Origin: an uncultured delta proteobacterium
GTDB lineage: Bacteria; Desulfobacterota; Desulfuromonadia; Geobacterales; Pseudopelobacteraceae
Assembly (NCBI GenBank): GCA_963772835.1
Contig: CAVYYZ010000002.1
Location: 352,001-416,000, forward strand
Reading direction: 5' to 3'
Length of the DNA stretch: 64,000 nucleotides
The notes below the pieces were generated by a model. That model saw only the letters and a list, made by a program, of their open reading frames with translations, made no database searches and was not told the DNA's origin. The position numbers were made by a program, and so were the translations under genes. This document shows positions 53,331 through 64,000 of this stretch, piece after piece (position 1 is the first letter of the stretch; the number at the start of each line of letters is the position of its first letter).

Positions 53331-54176
53331 ATGAGCGAAGAAAAAGTTGCCCCTTTTATTGAACATCTGGTTGAACTGCGCAAGCGGCTCGTAATCATTG
53401 TTATCGCTGTTGTAGTCGGGATGGGGGTCGCCTGGAGCTTCTCCAGTGATCTCCTCAAATTCATCGAAAAACCGTTGACCGGCAAGACCTATCTGACAGA
53501 GATAAAGAAGGACATCTATCTCAAAGTCAAAGAGCTTGCACCTTCAATGTATACCCGCTACAAACTCGACCAGGAAATAAACGTCCCCCAGAAACAGCGG
53601 CCTCTTAACTACAGTGCACCTCTGGAACCTTTTTTCATTCAGTGCAAAATTTCGATGCTGGCCGGATTTGTCATGGTTCTGCCGATCGTTTTCTATCAGC
53701 TCTGGCTTTTTATCGCCCCCGGTCTGACCCGGCGAGAACGAAGAATGGTAGTTCCTTTTGTTACGGCTTCCACTGTGACTTTCTGCATCGGTGCCATGTT
53801 TTTTCTGATCATAATCTGGCCGGTGATTATCAACTTTTCTCTGTCGTATGAGGCCGAAGGGCTGCAAAGCTGGTTCAATATAAGCGCGTATGTGAATTTC
53901 TGCCTGCGGCTGATTCTAATGTTCGGTCTGATATTTGAGCTGCCGGTATTAACCCTTATCCTGGCACGGTTCGGATTAGTGAGTTACCAGTTTCTGGCAC
54001 CAAAACGGAAATACGCACTGTTGGCCAGTTCGGTCGTCGCCGCTTTTCATGCCGACCTGATCACCATGTTCGTCATTATGATCCCGATGTACCTTATGTA
54101 CGAAATCAGTGTCTGGGTGGCGCTGATTTTCGGCAGAAAAAAAGCTCCGATCGCGGATGTGAGCGTATCAAATTAG
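53331..54176 (+). CDS. tatC: Twin-arginine translocase subunit TatC
   Basis: HLVELRKRL, YQLWLFIAPGL, FGLIFELP, LMYEIS. Confidence 0.92.
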   Translation: MSEEKVAPFIEHLVELRKRLVIIVIAVVVGMGVAWSFSSDLLKFIEKPLTGKTYLTEIKKDIYLKVKELAPSMYTRYKLDQEINVPQKQRPLNYSAPLEPFFIQCKISMLAGFVMVLPIVFYQLWLFIAPGLTRRERRMVVPFVTASTVTFCIGAMFFLIIIWPVIINFSLSYEAEGLQSWFNISAYVNFCLRLILMFGLIFELPVLTLILARFGLVSYQFLAPKRKYALLASSVVAAFHADLITMFVIMIPMYLMYEISVWVALIFGRKKAPIADVSVSN

Positions 54177-54277
54177 AAACTGCTTCCTCCGATATATCGA
54201 CAGCAGATAATTTCATGTACGAACGTTCTCCGATTGGTATGTGTGGATCACACAACAGTGCAAAACGATTATTACTG

Positions 54278-54326
54278 TTGACAAGAGGGAGTGAAACACC
54301 TAAAAGGATATATAATGTCCTTTTAG
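54278..54326 (+). promoter_or_regulatory. Promoter with 27-bp palindromic operator upstream of Rrf2 gene
   Basis: TTGACA-17-TAAAAG overlapped by CTAAAAGGATAT-ATA-ATGTCCTTTTAG. Confidence 0.7.
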
Positions 54327-54485
54327 TGCTTTAGAGGTCGTTTTCCGAGGTTTTCAGTATGTTTATTTCTGTTAGCTGCAATCTAACTTCATAAATTAAT
54401 TTGTGCCCGTACGTATCCCGTTTGCAGGGGCGGTTAGAGACCTGCCTTAGCCACGTATCCTGTTTGTGAGGACTAAAGGTTTTAT

Positions 54486-54896
54486 ATGATGGAATTAACT
54501 CGTAAGGGTGAATATGCAATCCGGGGCATCGTGTACCTGGCGGGAAAACCTATTGAAAAAGTCTGCCTGCTGAGTGATATCGCAGCTGCAGTTGATGTCC
54601 CCCCCACGTTCCTTGCCAAAATATTCCAGCAGTTCAGTAAAATGGGCCTGGTCAAATCGTTCAGAGGAACCGGTGGTGGTTTTATGCTCGGGCGCCACCC
54701 CGAAAACATTACCCTCCTGGAAGTCGTCGAAGCGGTCGAAGGGCCGATAATTCCGAACCGTTGCGTCGTAACGCCTTCCGATTGTGGACGCTCCGGCTAC
54801 TGCAATGTTCATCCGGTATGGAAGCAGGTCCAGAAGGAGGTTCGTGGTGTTCTGGAGGGGGTGACTCTCAAAGATCTTGCCTCAGGAGAAAAATAG
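54486..54896 (+). CDS. Rrf2-family transcriptional regulator with three Cys (Fe-S type)
   Basis: GEYAIR, FLAKI, RGTGGGF, C-x5-C-x5-C. Confidence 0.93.
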   Translation: MMELTRKGEYAIRGIVYLAGKPIEKVCLLSDIAAAVDVPPTFLAKIFQQFSKMGLVKSFRGTGGGFMLGRHPENITLLEVVEAVEGPIIPNRCVVTPSDCGRSGYCNVHPVWKQVQKEVRGVLEGVTLKDLASGEK

Positions 54897-54937
54897 AGCA
54901 TAACCATCTGTTTTTATTGATTATCATTGAAATTAAA

Positions 54938-54966
54938 TTGACACCCTCCAACTTACCATGTATTGT
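54938..54966 (+). promoter_or_regulatory. Putative sigma70 promoter for the transglycosylase gene
   Basis: TTGACA-17 bp-TATTGT. Confidence 0.55.
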
Positions 54967-55130
54967 CCGCACCAATTGTTACTGAATTTCCAAAGTCCCG
55001 CTAAGGGATTTTGGCGTTTTCAGGGACAAAATACCTCAGAAAGGAGCATCCCGCCGGAGATACGCCCTCGCAGTTTGTGGGCAACGACGCCGCTCCGGCA
55101 AAGCCGATACAACTTCCCTACTCTATTATT

Positions 55131-55757
55131 ATGCGAAAAATTATCTATCTAATGTGCATGTTTTTATTGACAGCATGCGAAAACGCCCCGTTTAGCCTTG
55201 AAGGAATCCAAACGACCACATCGCTGGCCACCGAACCGTCCATTCTCGACAACAGCAGCATTTCCCTCATTCAAAGAAAAAAACAACAGGCTGTTATAGA
55301 GTCTGCCTTTATGCGCAGAACTTCACCTGAGCGCGCTCATCAGCTGGCGGTAATCTGTTTTGACAAAACAGCGGGTACCGTTTTTATGCCCTTTGACCTG
55401 GCTGAGATTGCACTGGTAGAAACTGGCGGTCACCGGCTCTCATCACGTGCCGTTTCGTCCCGGGGGGCACTGGGAGTCTGGCAGTTGATGCCGCGACGCG
55501 CCAAAAGCCACGGCTACTCACCCGACGACATGCAAGACGATCGCAAATGCGCCGAGGCCGCAGTCTGTGAGCTTTATACTAAACTCGACATGGCGCAGGG
55601 AAACCTTGAACGTGCCAAAAAATATTATTGCGGACAGGGACCACAAGCAACTGCATATATGAAAAAGATTAGAGCAGTCCGGCAGGAGATGATGGCGGAA
55701 CTCAACCTTCAGGGAGACAAACTGGCCTTAGCCGACTCGGCATCCGTTATCCGTTGA
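55131..55757 (+). CDS. Lytic transglycosylase (SLT-domain) lipoprotein
   Basis: Lipobox LTAC; ALVETG, SSRGALGVWQLMP. Confidence 0.8.
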   Translation: MRKIIYLMCMFLLTACENAPFSLEGIQTTTSLATEPSILDNSSISLIQRKKQQAVIESAFMRRTSPERAHQLAVICFDKTAGTVFMPFDLAEIALVETGGHRLSSRAVSSRGALGVWQLMPRRAKSHGYSPDDMQDDRKCAEAAVCELYTKLDMAQGNLERAKKYYCGQGPQATAYMKKIRAVRQEMMAELNLQGDKLALADSASVIR

Positions 55758-55860
55758 TCAAACGGGCATCACGGGTGTTTTTTCTTGATATGAAACTGGC
55801 CGCTCTGCTATAGTCGAGCGGCTTTTTTGTTGTTGGCATCTTTTCAGGACAGGAGTTTAT

Positions 55861-58020
55861 GTGGAGAGAGGAACGTACTCCGAAAGTTCAACCGGCCTCA
55901 CGCTTCGCACCAAGATGGTGCTTCTTTCTGCGGCTGCGTTTGTTGGTATCCTGCTGGTAGGCATGATCAACCTGTTTATGATAAATGAAGTCAGGATCGG
56001 CGGTTCAGCATACCGATATATTCAAAAGGACAAGGATGCTCTCGAAAGCATAGCCTTACTGAAGTCAGACCTTTTTCAGATAAACAGTGAAATGCAAAAC
56101 TTCATGCTTGAAGTACGCCCCGAAACCACTCAAAAAAATATTACCTCCATAATAAACCTCACAAACGATATTGAACTCCAATTTGGAATCGCCCTTGAGT
56201 CGGTGGACTCACCCGGGAAGCATGCGGCAATAAACAAGGCCAACAGCATCTGGAAGGAATATCAGAAAACGTTACTGAATGATGTCCTCCCGGCCGCTTC
56301 CAAAGGTGACACGCATACGGCCAGACTTCTTATGGCCGGGATCCAGACGGAACGATTCAGTCTGTTCAGCAAGGCCGTTGTGCAGATGGTTGACCGTATC
56401 AGACAGGATGTCAGTGCCACCGAGCAGCAGGTCGCGGAAAGCATCAAAATAAAAATAACCGGATCTGTAGCAGTTACGCTTGCAGTTATCGCCCTGATCG
56501 CTCTGTTTTCGTATTTTATTACGATCTCGATTACCAGGCCGCTGAGAAGCTGCGTAGATTTTGCCAAATCAATGGCTGACGGAAAACTCGATGCCCGACT
56601 GAAGATCAATGGAGGGGGAGAGGCCGCCGATCTGGCTCATGCAATGAATATCATGGCCGAGAATCTCCATAGCATGGTTTCGCGTATCGGCTCTGCATCG
56701 GAAGTGCTCACCTCCATCGATAACAATCTTGAGAGTGCTTCCCGCCAAGTAGTAAATTCCGCACAGATGCAGGAAAAATCTGTGTCGGAAACATCACAGG
56801 CCGTTGTGCAAATAAATGAATCTGTGCATGAAGTATATGCCGGAATAGACAAACTCTCGGAATCTGCAACTGAGACTTCGTCCTCATCACTTGAAATGGC
56901 TGCGACCATTGAAGAAATCGCGATGAGCGCGGAAAAGCTAGGGGAGTCGGTTGAAGAAATAAGCTCTTCCATCACGCAAATGACCACTTCAATAAAAGAG
57001 ATCGGTACGAGCATCATTAATTTACTTGACGCTTCAACGACAACGGCTTCATCCATTGCCGAGATGGACGCAACTATCAAGCAGGTAGAAAAAAACGCCA
57101 TGGATTCAGCTGCTATTTCAGAAACCGTTCGTAGTGACGCCGAGATCGGAAAAAGTGCGGTTCTCGAAGCGATTGCCGGCATGCATGCAATCAGAGCTTC
57201 GTCACAGATAACTTCTGAAGTTGTTGAAACCCTTTCGGTACGGGTAAATGATATCGGGGCCATTCTTTCCGTTATCGATGAAGTTGCGGAGCAGACCAAT
57301 CTTCTTGCGCTCAATGCTGCTATTATTGCAGCTCAGGCCGGTGAACATGGCAAGGGATTTGCGGTCGTTGCCGATGAGATTCGGGAACTGGCTGAAAGGA
57401 CCAGCAGCTCCACCCGGGAAATTGCAGCGGTCATAAAAGGTGTTCAGGAAGAGACGAGACGTGCCGTGGATGCAATAAGCAAAGCAGAGGATAGTATCGC
57501 CGCAGGCGAGAGACTGTCACAGCGTTCCGGCACCGCACTTGAGAAGATATTTTCCGGAGTCCAGCGCACGGGAATTCAGGTAAGCGAGATTGCCAAGGCA
57601 ACCGTTGAACAGGCACGGGGAAGCAAGAGTATTCGGGAAGCGATGGAACGTGTTGAAGATATGGTCGAAAGCATCGCCAATTCTTCCCGGGAGCACTCCT
57701 GTGGCGCCGATATGATTTCTTCAGCGGTGGAGCGAATGAAAGATCTCACTATCCATGTCCGTACTTCGACCCGTGAGCAGAGTAAGGCAAGTAATTTGAT
57801 AGCCCGGTCAGCGGAAGATGTTACCTCCATGGTGGATCAGATTCGCGAAGCGTGCCGTTCACAGATAAACAGCAGTGCCTTGATATCAAAATCGGTTAAC
57901 AACATAGAAGGGCAAACGGTAGCAAACAGTCAGGCAACAAAAGTCATGAATGCTGCCGTTGCCGACTTGACACATCAGATTGATCTGTTGGAGAAGGAGA
58001 TGGCCGGTTTCAAAATATGA
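55861..58020 (+). CDS. Methyl-accepting chemotaxis protein
   Basis: Two TMs, [35 protein letters not shown]. Confidence 0.96.
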   Translation: MERGTYSESSTGLTLRTKMVLLSAAAFVGILLVGMINLFMINEVRIGGSAYRYIQKDKDALESIALLKSDLFQINSEMQNFMLEVRPETTQKNITSIINLTNDIELQFGIALESVDSPGKHAAINKANSIWKEYQKTLLNDVLPAASKGDTHTARLLMAGIQTERFSLFSKAVVQMVDRIRQDVSATEQQVAESIKIKITGSVAVTLAVIALIALFSYFITISITRPLRSCVDFAKSMADGKLDARLKINGGGEAADLAHAMNIMAENLHSMVSRIGSASEVLTSIDNNLESASRQVVNSAQMQEKSVSETSQAVVQINESVHEVYAGIDKLSESATETSSSSLEMAATIEEIAMSAEKLGESVEEISSSITQMTTSIKEIGTSIINLLDASTTTASSIAEMDATIKQVEKNAMDSAAISETVRSDAEIGKSAVLEAIAGMHAIRASSQITSEVVETLSVRVNDIGAILSVIDEVAEQTNLLALNAAIIAAQAGEHGKGFAVVADEIRELAERTSSSTREIAAVIKGVQEETRRAVDAISKAEDSIAAGERLSQRSGTALEKIFSGVQRTGIQVSEIAKATVEQARGSKSIREAMERVEDMVESIANSSREHSCGADMISSAVERMKDLTIHVRTSTREQSKASNLIARSAEDVTSMVDQIREACRSQINSSALISKSVNNIEGQTVANSQATKVMNAAVADLTHQIDLLEKEMAGFKI

Positions 58021-58028
58021 CCGGTTGA

Positions 58029-58832
58029 ATGATAATGACCATGAGCAGACTTGCAACCCGCTTCAGCGCCCTTCAGACGCAACATGCCAAGGCCTTGGTG
58101 ACGTTTATTACAGCCGGAGACCCGGATCTGGCTGTGACTGAAGAAATGATCCATCTTCTTGAAGATGCCGGTGCCGATGTCATTGAACTCGGAGTTCCTT
58201 TTTCAGACCCGATGGCGGACGGTCCGACCATTCAGCTTTCTTCAGAGAGATCTCTGGCTTCGGGGACAACGCTTCACGGCATTCTGGAGATCGTAAAAAG
58301 GGTCCGCACCCGCTCCGGGATTCCAATTATTTTGATGGGATACCTCAACCCTGTTCATGCGTACGGATACGACAATTTTTGCCGGGACGCCTCTGAATCA
58401 GGAGTCGACGGAGTACTTCTGGTGGATATGCCGCCGGAAGAATCACGCGAGCTGATTGTCATGGCCCGCCAATACGGACTGGATGTGATCTTCCTGCTGA
58501 CACCCACCTCAGATGCCTCACGGATATCTTCTGTAGAGAGTCTTGGCAGCGGATTTGTGTATTACGTAACCGTAACCGGAGTCACGGGTGCAAGGGCCTC
58601 GGTTTCAGAAACACTTGCAGATGAACTCTTCCGGGTGAAACAGACTGTTTCACTCCCGGTAATGGCCGGGTTCGGGATCTCCACTCCATCGCAGGCGTCC
58701 GAGGTCGGGCAGCTGGCAGACGGAGTGGTCGTTGGCAGTGCCATCGTCAAGCTGTTCGAAAAGTACAGCGGAGAAGAGTTGAAACAGCAGCTTCGGAGCT
58801 ATGTCAGAAGCTTGAAAGATGCGCTCCGGTAG
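58029..58832 (+). CDS. trpA: Tryptophan synthase alpha chain
   Basis: [26 protein letters not shown]; exact ATG among 58029/58035/58041 uncertain. Confidence 0.97.
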   Translation: MIMTMSRLATRFSALQTQHAKALVTFITAGDPDLAVTEEMIHLLEDAGADVIELGVPFSDPMADGPTIQLSSERSLASGTTLHGILEIVKRVRTRSGIPIILMGYLNPVHAYGYDNFCRDASESGVDGVLLVDMPPEESRELIVMARQYGLDVIFLLTPTSDASRISSVESLGSGFVYYVTVTGVTGARASVSETLADELFRVKQTVSLPVMAGFGISTPSQASEVGQLADGVVVGSAIVKLFEKYSGEELKQQLRSYVRSLKDALR

Positions 58833-58926
58833 TTTTAGGTCTCTCCTGCAAAAGGATGACAGACAGTCATCGTAGTGTACGGAATAGTTACAACCACTTA
58901 CATATTACGAAAGATGCGAGGTTATT

Positions 58927-59781
58927 ATGAGCTGGTTTACCAAAGAAAGAGTCGGTATTGAAAAATCCGGCGGCAATAAAGTTACATTTCCTGACGGTAT
59001 GTGGGTCAAGTGCCCGGGATGCTCCGAATCACTGTTAAGCAAAGATGTCGAAGCCAATCTGCAAGTCTGCCCGAAGTGCGGCCATCATTATCGTATTTCT
59101 GCACGCAAGCGACTCGAAGCACTGCTCGACGGCGGAACCTGGCAGGAATTTGATGCCGATATAACCTCTATAGATTTTCTTGAATTCAAAGATGCAAAAA
59201 GCTATCAGGAACGAATCGATGTAGCTCTCGCAAAAGGGGGATCAAAGGATGCGGTAATTTGCGTCGAAGGGGCCATAGAAAAGCTTCCGGTGCAGGTTTC
59301 CTGTTTCGATTTTTCCTTCATGGGTGGGAGCATGGGGAGCGTGGTGGGCGAAAAGATCACCCGTTCCATCGAACGGGGTCTGCAAAAAAATCAGCCGGTA
59401 ATCATTATCTCCGCTTCCGGCGGGGCCCGCATGCAGGAAAGCATACTCTCTTTGATGCAAATGGCCAAAACATCCGCAGCTTTGGCCAAACTTAAAAGAG
59501 CCGGCATTCCGTTTGTATCCTTGTTAACCGATCCTACTACCGGCGGGGTAACCGCCAGCTTTGCCATGCTTGGAGATATCAACATTGCCGAACCGAAAGC
59601 GCTGATCGGCTTTGCAGGCCCGCGGGTCATTGAACAGACGATCCGTCAGAAACTTCCCGAAGGATTTCAGCGAGCGGAATACCTGCTTGATCATGGCATG
59701 ATCGATGCGATAATCCCTCGTAATGAGATGCGTTCCAAACTTGCATCCATACTAAAAATGCTGCATCGTTCAACTGCCTGA
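58927..59781 (+). CDS. accD: Acetyl-CoA carboxylase carboxyltransferase beta
   Basis: CPGC...CPKC zinc finger, GGSMGSVVGEK, SGGARMQE. Confidence 0.98.
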   Translation: MSWFTKERVGIEKSGGNKVTFPDGMWVKCPGCSESLLSKDVEANLQVCPKCGHHYRISARKRLEALLDGGTWQEFDADITSIDFLEFKDAKSYQERIDVALAKGGSKDAVICVEGAIEKLPVQVSCFDFSFMGGSMGSVVGEKITRSIERGLQKNQPVIIISASGGARMQESILSLMQMAKTSAALAKLKRAGIPFVSLLTDPTTGGVTASFAMLGDINIAEPKALIGFAGPRVIEQTIRQKLPEGFQRAEYLLDHGMIDAIIPRNEMRSKLASILKMLHRSTA

Positions 59782-59782
59782 C

Positions 59783-61060
59783 ATGCCTCTGGTAGATGTG
59801 TTGGAAAAGCTTTACGCCCGTCGGCGCTTTGGTATACGACCAGGCGTCGACAGGGTCGAAAAGCTGCTCAGACGCCTGGATAATCCCGAAAAACATTTTC
59901 GCACCATTCATGTTGCCGGCACGAACGGCAAAGGCTCAACAGCGGCATTTCTCTCCTCGATTCTCCTCAACGCAGGGCACACGGTTGCCCAGTTCAGTTC
60001 ACCTCACCTGGTTCGTTTCACAGAGCGATTCAGAATAAACGGAAATGAATATTCGGCAGAAAAGCTGGCGGACAGACTGAGCATCGTACTGAAGGCAGCA
60101 CCGGAGGATGCTACTTTTTTCGAGATAACAACTGCTCTGGCAGCATTTATTTTCAGGGAGGAGCAGGTTGAGGTGGCTGTCATGGAAGCCGGAATGGGGG
60201 GCCGCTCCGATGCAACAGCCGCGTTTAATGGTGAAATGACGGTACTTACCCCGATTTCCCTCGATCATACCGAATATCTCGGGGGAACCCTCGAGGAGAT
60301 TGCCCGTGAGAAAGCCGGAATCATGAAACCCGGTACTCCCGTTATCAGTGCTGATCAGCCTGATGCGGTGCGGGTGGTACTTGAAGAGCAGAGCCGCAGT
60401 GAAAGCTGTATACTTAAGACGCTCGGCAAAGATTTTTCAGCTACCATGAATCTTAACGGCTCCTTTGATTACCATGGCATAGACAGAACCTTGCGACAAC
60501 TCACATCCGGCATGGCCGGTCGCTTCCAATCCGAAAATGCCGCTGTTGCTCTTGCAGCTGCCGAGGCTCTTGTATCAGGAGGCATGTCTATCGCCAGCCA
60601 GGCTTTTCAGGATGGTATTTCCAGGGCATGCTGGCCGGGCAGGATGGAACTGGTTTCCGGATCTCCGCGTCTGCTGCTGGATGGAGCACACAACGCTGCC
60701 GGGGCATCGGCTCTGGCTGAAGCACTGAAAGAGTATTCCTATTCACGACTGCTGCTCGTAACCGGGGTCTGTGATGACAAAGATATCGATCGGATATATG
60801 CACCTCTGATACCGCTTGCCGACGCAGTTTTCACGGTGACCCCTGCAATTGATCGAGGTATGAAAGATGAAATGCTTACTCTTTTTTTCAGCAAGGCGAG
60901 TGTTGCATCCCGGCCATGCGGCTCTGCAGTGGCCGGGGTCATTGCAGCCCGCAGCTTCGCATCTGAAAATGACCTTATTCTGGTGTGTGGTTCGCTCTTT
61001 GTAGTCGGCGAAGTCAAGGCATGGCTTGAACAGGTAAATTATACCGGAATCAGGGGCTGA
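59783..61060 (+). CDS. folC: Folylpolyglutamate/dihydrofolate synthase
   Basis: HVAGTNGKGST, EAGMGGRSDAT, LDGAHN, CGSLFVVG. Confidence 0.96.
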   Translation: MPLVDVLEKLYARRRFGIRPGVDRVEKLLRRLDNPEKHFRTIHVAGTNGKGSTAAFLSSILLNAGHTVAQFSSPHLVRFTERFRINGNEYSAEKLADRLSIVLKAAPEDATFFEITTALAAFIFREEQVEVAVMEAGMGGRSDATAAFNGEMTVLTPISLDHTEYLGGTLEEIAREKAGIMKPGTPVISADQPDAVRVVLEEQSRSESCILKTLGKDFSATMNLNGSFDYHGIDRTLRQLTSGMAGRFQSENAAVALAAAEALVSGGMSIASQAFQDGISRACWPGRMELVSGSPRLLLDGAHNAAGASALAEALKEYSYSRLLLVTGVCDDKDIDRIYAPLIPLADAVFTVTPAIDRGMKDEMLTLFFSKASVASRPCGSAVAGVIAARSFASENDLILVCGSLFVVGEVKAWLEQVNYTGIRG

Positions 61061-61125
61061 TAGTTTCAATGACACGAATCTCAACACCAGCACCGACTCA
61101 TCGGGATATATGCGTTATCAGACGT

Positions 61126-63195
61126 ATGTTCGATAAAAAATCGCGGGCAATAGCATGTAAACTGCTCATTCTGTCTTGTCTTCTCTCCTGCTGGGCACCA
61201 TCCGCCTGGGCTGCCTCTGCACCGATTTCCGATGAAAACATTCGTATCAACGCCGACCGCATGAATCAGGATCTGTCGGATGGCGTTTATACCGCTGAAG
61301 GAAATGTGACTGTACTTTGGAAAGGTCAGAATCTCAGCGCTGACACGGTACGTTACGCAGCTACAACTCACATGCTCTATGCAGACGGCTCAGTTGTTCT
61401 GTCAAAGGATACTGCCGTCCTGAAGGGTGAGAAGCTGGTTCTGAACATGGATACAGGTCGGGCCGAAATGGACTCAACTCTGCTTACGGTACCCAATTCA
61501 GGCATGAAAATAGCCTCGGAAAAGCTTATTCGAATAAACGAAAGCGAATTCAATGGAACATTTACGGAGCTAACCACCTGTGACATGCCGGACCCCAGCT
61601 GGAAATTCGGGGCAGACAACCTCAAGGTTAACCTGTTGGGGTATGCCATTGGTCGTCACGTAATCTTCTACGTAAAGGATATACCGGTACTGTACCTCCC
61701 CTGGATCGCATTTCCGGTCGTGATGGAAAAAAGGTCGGGAATTCTTTTCCCGAGATTCGGCTACTCGAAAAGCAAGGGGTTACAGCTTGATCTCCCACTC
61801 TACTGGGTAATATCACCCAGCCAGGATCTTCAGCTTGATCTGGACATAATGTCACGTCGCGGCATAGGAACCGGACTTGATTATCGCTACATTCGAACGC
61901 GCGGCAGTGAGGGGCATGTCAACGCATATCCGATCTACGATCAGCTGGAGAACCGGTGGCGATGGGAATTGGCCCAGGAACATAAAGAAATATTTTCAAG
62001 TGACGAAAATCTGCGCATGGCTGTCAATGCCACAAGCGACCGGAAATTTTTGAGTGATTTTGGTGAAAAGAACGGCGATTACAATCGGCAATCGAGTGAC
62101 ACCACAATCAACACTCTGAAAACGTGGCAGAATTACGCCGCCACCTCATATCTTCGCTATAGTGAAGATCTCTATGCAACCGATAACCGGGCGACACTTC
62201 AGACTCTGCCATCACTTGGTGTAGCGGCTGTTCGACAGACGCTCTTCTCAACGCCGCTCTATTTTGATCTTGACGGGTCTGCAGAAAATCTTTATATCGA
62301 ATCGGGCCCCAGCGGTCAGCGTCTTCATCTTTTCCCCCGTGTCACCATCCTCCCATTCCAGAGCCCCTATCTTCAGACAACACTGTTTGCAGGAGCCCAT
62401 ATCAGGGGCTATACAACGGAGAAGCGTGACAGCAGCACCGGTATCCAGGCAAATGACGGAGACTTGATACCGGAGGTCGGCGGCCGTCTTTCAACATCAG
62501 TAGTCCGCATCTACGACGCCGATTTTTCTCTGCTCAAAAAAATAAGACACGAGATAATTCCTGAAATCAGCTACAGTAATGTGCCTGCGCGTGATCAGCA
62601 GCGCCTTCCTTTCTATGACTATGCCGACAATATTATCCATCAGAATATGGTTTCTCTATCGGTTACGAACTTGCTAAACGGCAAGTTCGTATCCGGTGAT
62701 ACTTCTGAATATCGTAATCTTTCGAGAATCAAACTGAGCGCAGATTTTAAAATCGCCGGGGAGCGGCGGGACCAGTTAACACTGGTAGAGAGTCAGCGCC
62801 CCTGGAGTGACCTGAAACTGGAATCGGACACGTGGCTGACCAAACAGCTTCGTCTTACGCTTGATTCGCGCTATAACCTCTACGAGCATCACCTGTCTAC
62901 GGTAGAAACAGGCATTGAAGTCAACGACCAGCTGGGAAACTCTATCGGTGCGGGTTATCAGATGGCCCGCAACGAAGTGGAATATTTCGAAGGGAAATTC
63001 TCGACCAAACTGATCAAACCGCTTACCCTGTCTTATACCGCCCGCTATTCGTTTGATAAGCATGATTTTCTTGAATCTGTATATACCGCCGAATACCGCC
63101 ATAAATGCTGGAGCGTAAACGTTACGGCTCACCAGCGGGCCGGAAATCAATCGTATACCATGAATTTCAACCTGGCAGGATTGGGGAGCAAATAA
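61126..63195 (+). CDS. lptD: LPS-assembly protein LptD
   Basis: Signal peptide, OstA-like N-domain (TTCD, PVLYLP, RSGILFP), beta-barrel, HKCW. Confidence 0.88.
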   Translation: MFDKKSRAIACKLLILSCLLSCWAPSAWAASAPISDENIRINADRMNQDLSDGVYTAEGNVTVLWKGQNLSADTVRYAATTHMLYADGSVVLSKDTAVLKGEKLVLNMDTGRAEMDSTLLTVPNSGMKIASEKLIRINESEFNGTFTELTTCDMPDPSWKFGADNLKVNLLGYAIGRHVIFYVKDIPVLYLPWIAFPVVMEKRSGILFPRFGYSKSKGLQLDLPLYWVISPSQDLQLDLDIMSRRGIGTGLDYRYIRTRGSEGHVNAYPIYDQLENRWRWELAQEHKEIFSSDENLRMAVNATSDRKFLSDFGEKNGDYNRQSSDTTINTLKTWQNYAATSYLRYSEDLYATDNRATLQTLPSLGVAAVRQTLFSTPLYFDLDGSAENLYIESGPSGQRLHLFPRVTILPFQSPYLQTTLFAGAHIRGYTTEKRDSSTGIQANDGDLIPEVGGRLSTSVVRIYDADFSLLKKIRHEIIPEISYSNVPARDQQRLPFYDYADNIIHQNMVSLSVTNLLNGKFVSGDTSEYRNLSRIKLSADFKIAGERRDQLTLVESQRPWSDLKLESDTWLTKQLRLTLDSRYNLYEHHLSTVETGIEVNDQLGNSIGAGYQMARNEVEYFEGKFSTKLIKPLTLSYTARYSFDKHDFLESVYTAEYRHKCWSVNVTAHQRAGNQSYTMNFNLAGLGSK

Positions 63196-63240
63196 TCTGT
63201 CAGCATAATCGCAACCCTGGTTTGGCATTTGAGCCGGAAT

Positions 63241-63276
63241 AAAAAACGGGCGTCGGCATTTAATGCCGACGCCCGT
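63241..63276 (-). terminator. Intrinsic terminator after the cytochrome gene
   Basis: AAAAAACGGGCGTCGGCA-TTTAA-TGCCGACGCCCGT. Confidence 0.85.
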
Positions 63277-63321
63277 GTAAACGTATTACTGAAGAATTCT
63301 ACATGCAGCCACCTGTTGAAC

Positions 63322-63627
63322 TCACTTTTTGTGACATTGCTTGCACTCTACAGGCCCTTTGTCATTCAAATCATGGCATGGAATGCAGAGTTCATGTGCA
63401 GTCTCTTTTCCCCACCCTTTAATTTTACCGCCATCAGCTTTGTGACAATGGAAACATTCGCTGCCGTTATTAACCTGGTGCTTCCAGTGCTGGAACGGCA
63501 ACTGCACCGCTCCCATTTTCATATGTATGACTTCAGGACCGGCCCCCTGGGGGGTACTACCGGCATAGGCGGTCGAACAAACAAAGAAGCTGGTGAGCAG
63601 GACTGTCAACAACAACATTTTCGTCAT
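63322..63627 (-). CDS. Periplasmic triheme cytochrome c7 (PpcA family)
   Basis: Signal peptide; CFHCH, CIPCH, CKQCH; FQHWKH and GKIKGWGKETAH. Confidence 0.92.
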   Translation of the reverse strand: MTKMLLLTVLLTSFFVCSTAYAGSTPQGAGPEVIHMKMGAVQLPFQHWKHQVNNGSECFHCHKADGGKIKGWGKETAHELCIPCHDLNDKGPVECKQCHKK

Positions 63628-63683
63628 AATGTAAGAACTCCTTCGGTAGCTGGTAGAAAACCGGACGCATTCCAGCTTCTGTA

Positions 63684-64000
63684 CTATTTTTCTTTTTTGA
63701 TCGTAGAATCTTCCAGTATTGCGCTGTACTTGTATCCGCCGCCAAAATCTTTATCCTTGGCAACTACTCCGCTGACCGTCACAACATCATCCACATCGGC
63801 CACTGCCTGTGAGGTACAGACGAGATCATGGTTGTTTTTGGCATTGGAACCGCTGCCATCCTGAATATGAATCCAGTTTTTTCCCATGATGCCGATAGCG
63901 ACCTTGACAACTTTACCTTTCACAACAACCTTCTTCTTGTTCAGCTTGCCGCTGTTGGCAAAGATTTCCTGAACTGTGTACGCATTCGCTCCGGAGGCCT
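63684..64000 (-). CDS. OB-fold domain protein, C-terminal part (5' truncated by window)
   Basis: Frame open to window end; VVVKGKVVKV..IMGKNWIHIQDGSG...KDFGGGYKY. Confidence 0.7.
   Translation of the reverse strand, partial: ASGANAYTVQEIFANSGKLNKKKVVVKGKVVKVAIGIMGKNWIHIQDGSGSNAKNNHDLVCTSQAVADVDDVVTVSGVVAKDKDFGGGYKYSAILEDSTIKKEK

Overview
Chromosomal window (moderately GC-rich, by eye) from a Geobacteraceae/Desulfuromonadia-like bacterium, inferred from a PpcA-type triheme cytochrome c7, a DUF507 pair and gene order. Most of it is housekeeping: rho-rpmE-thyX, ugd-uxs-ftsB-argS, two tRNA-Met, hisI-hisG-prfA, mutS, queC, pta, trp/hom/nusB/ribH, rnr-tatC, trpA-accD-folC-lptD. The main accessory locus is an AT-rich 3.7-kb insert between queC and pta (about 35100-38830). 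It is an integron-type cassette array with three full attC sites and one truncated attC, and each cassette's start core is complementary to its own end core. No intI integrase is present. Instead, a 117-aa unknown gene and five 18-bp palindromes (GTTnCyTATATArGnAAC) directly precede the attI-like GTTATAC core. Also noted: a tRNA-Met-bounded islet carrying an XRE-receiver regulator, a nosZ-less NosL/ABC metal module, octamer-based palindromic intergenic repeats, and single-base frameshifts in amiC, queC and pta that may be assembly errors. All calls come from reading the sequence; no searches were run.
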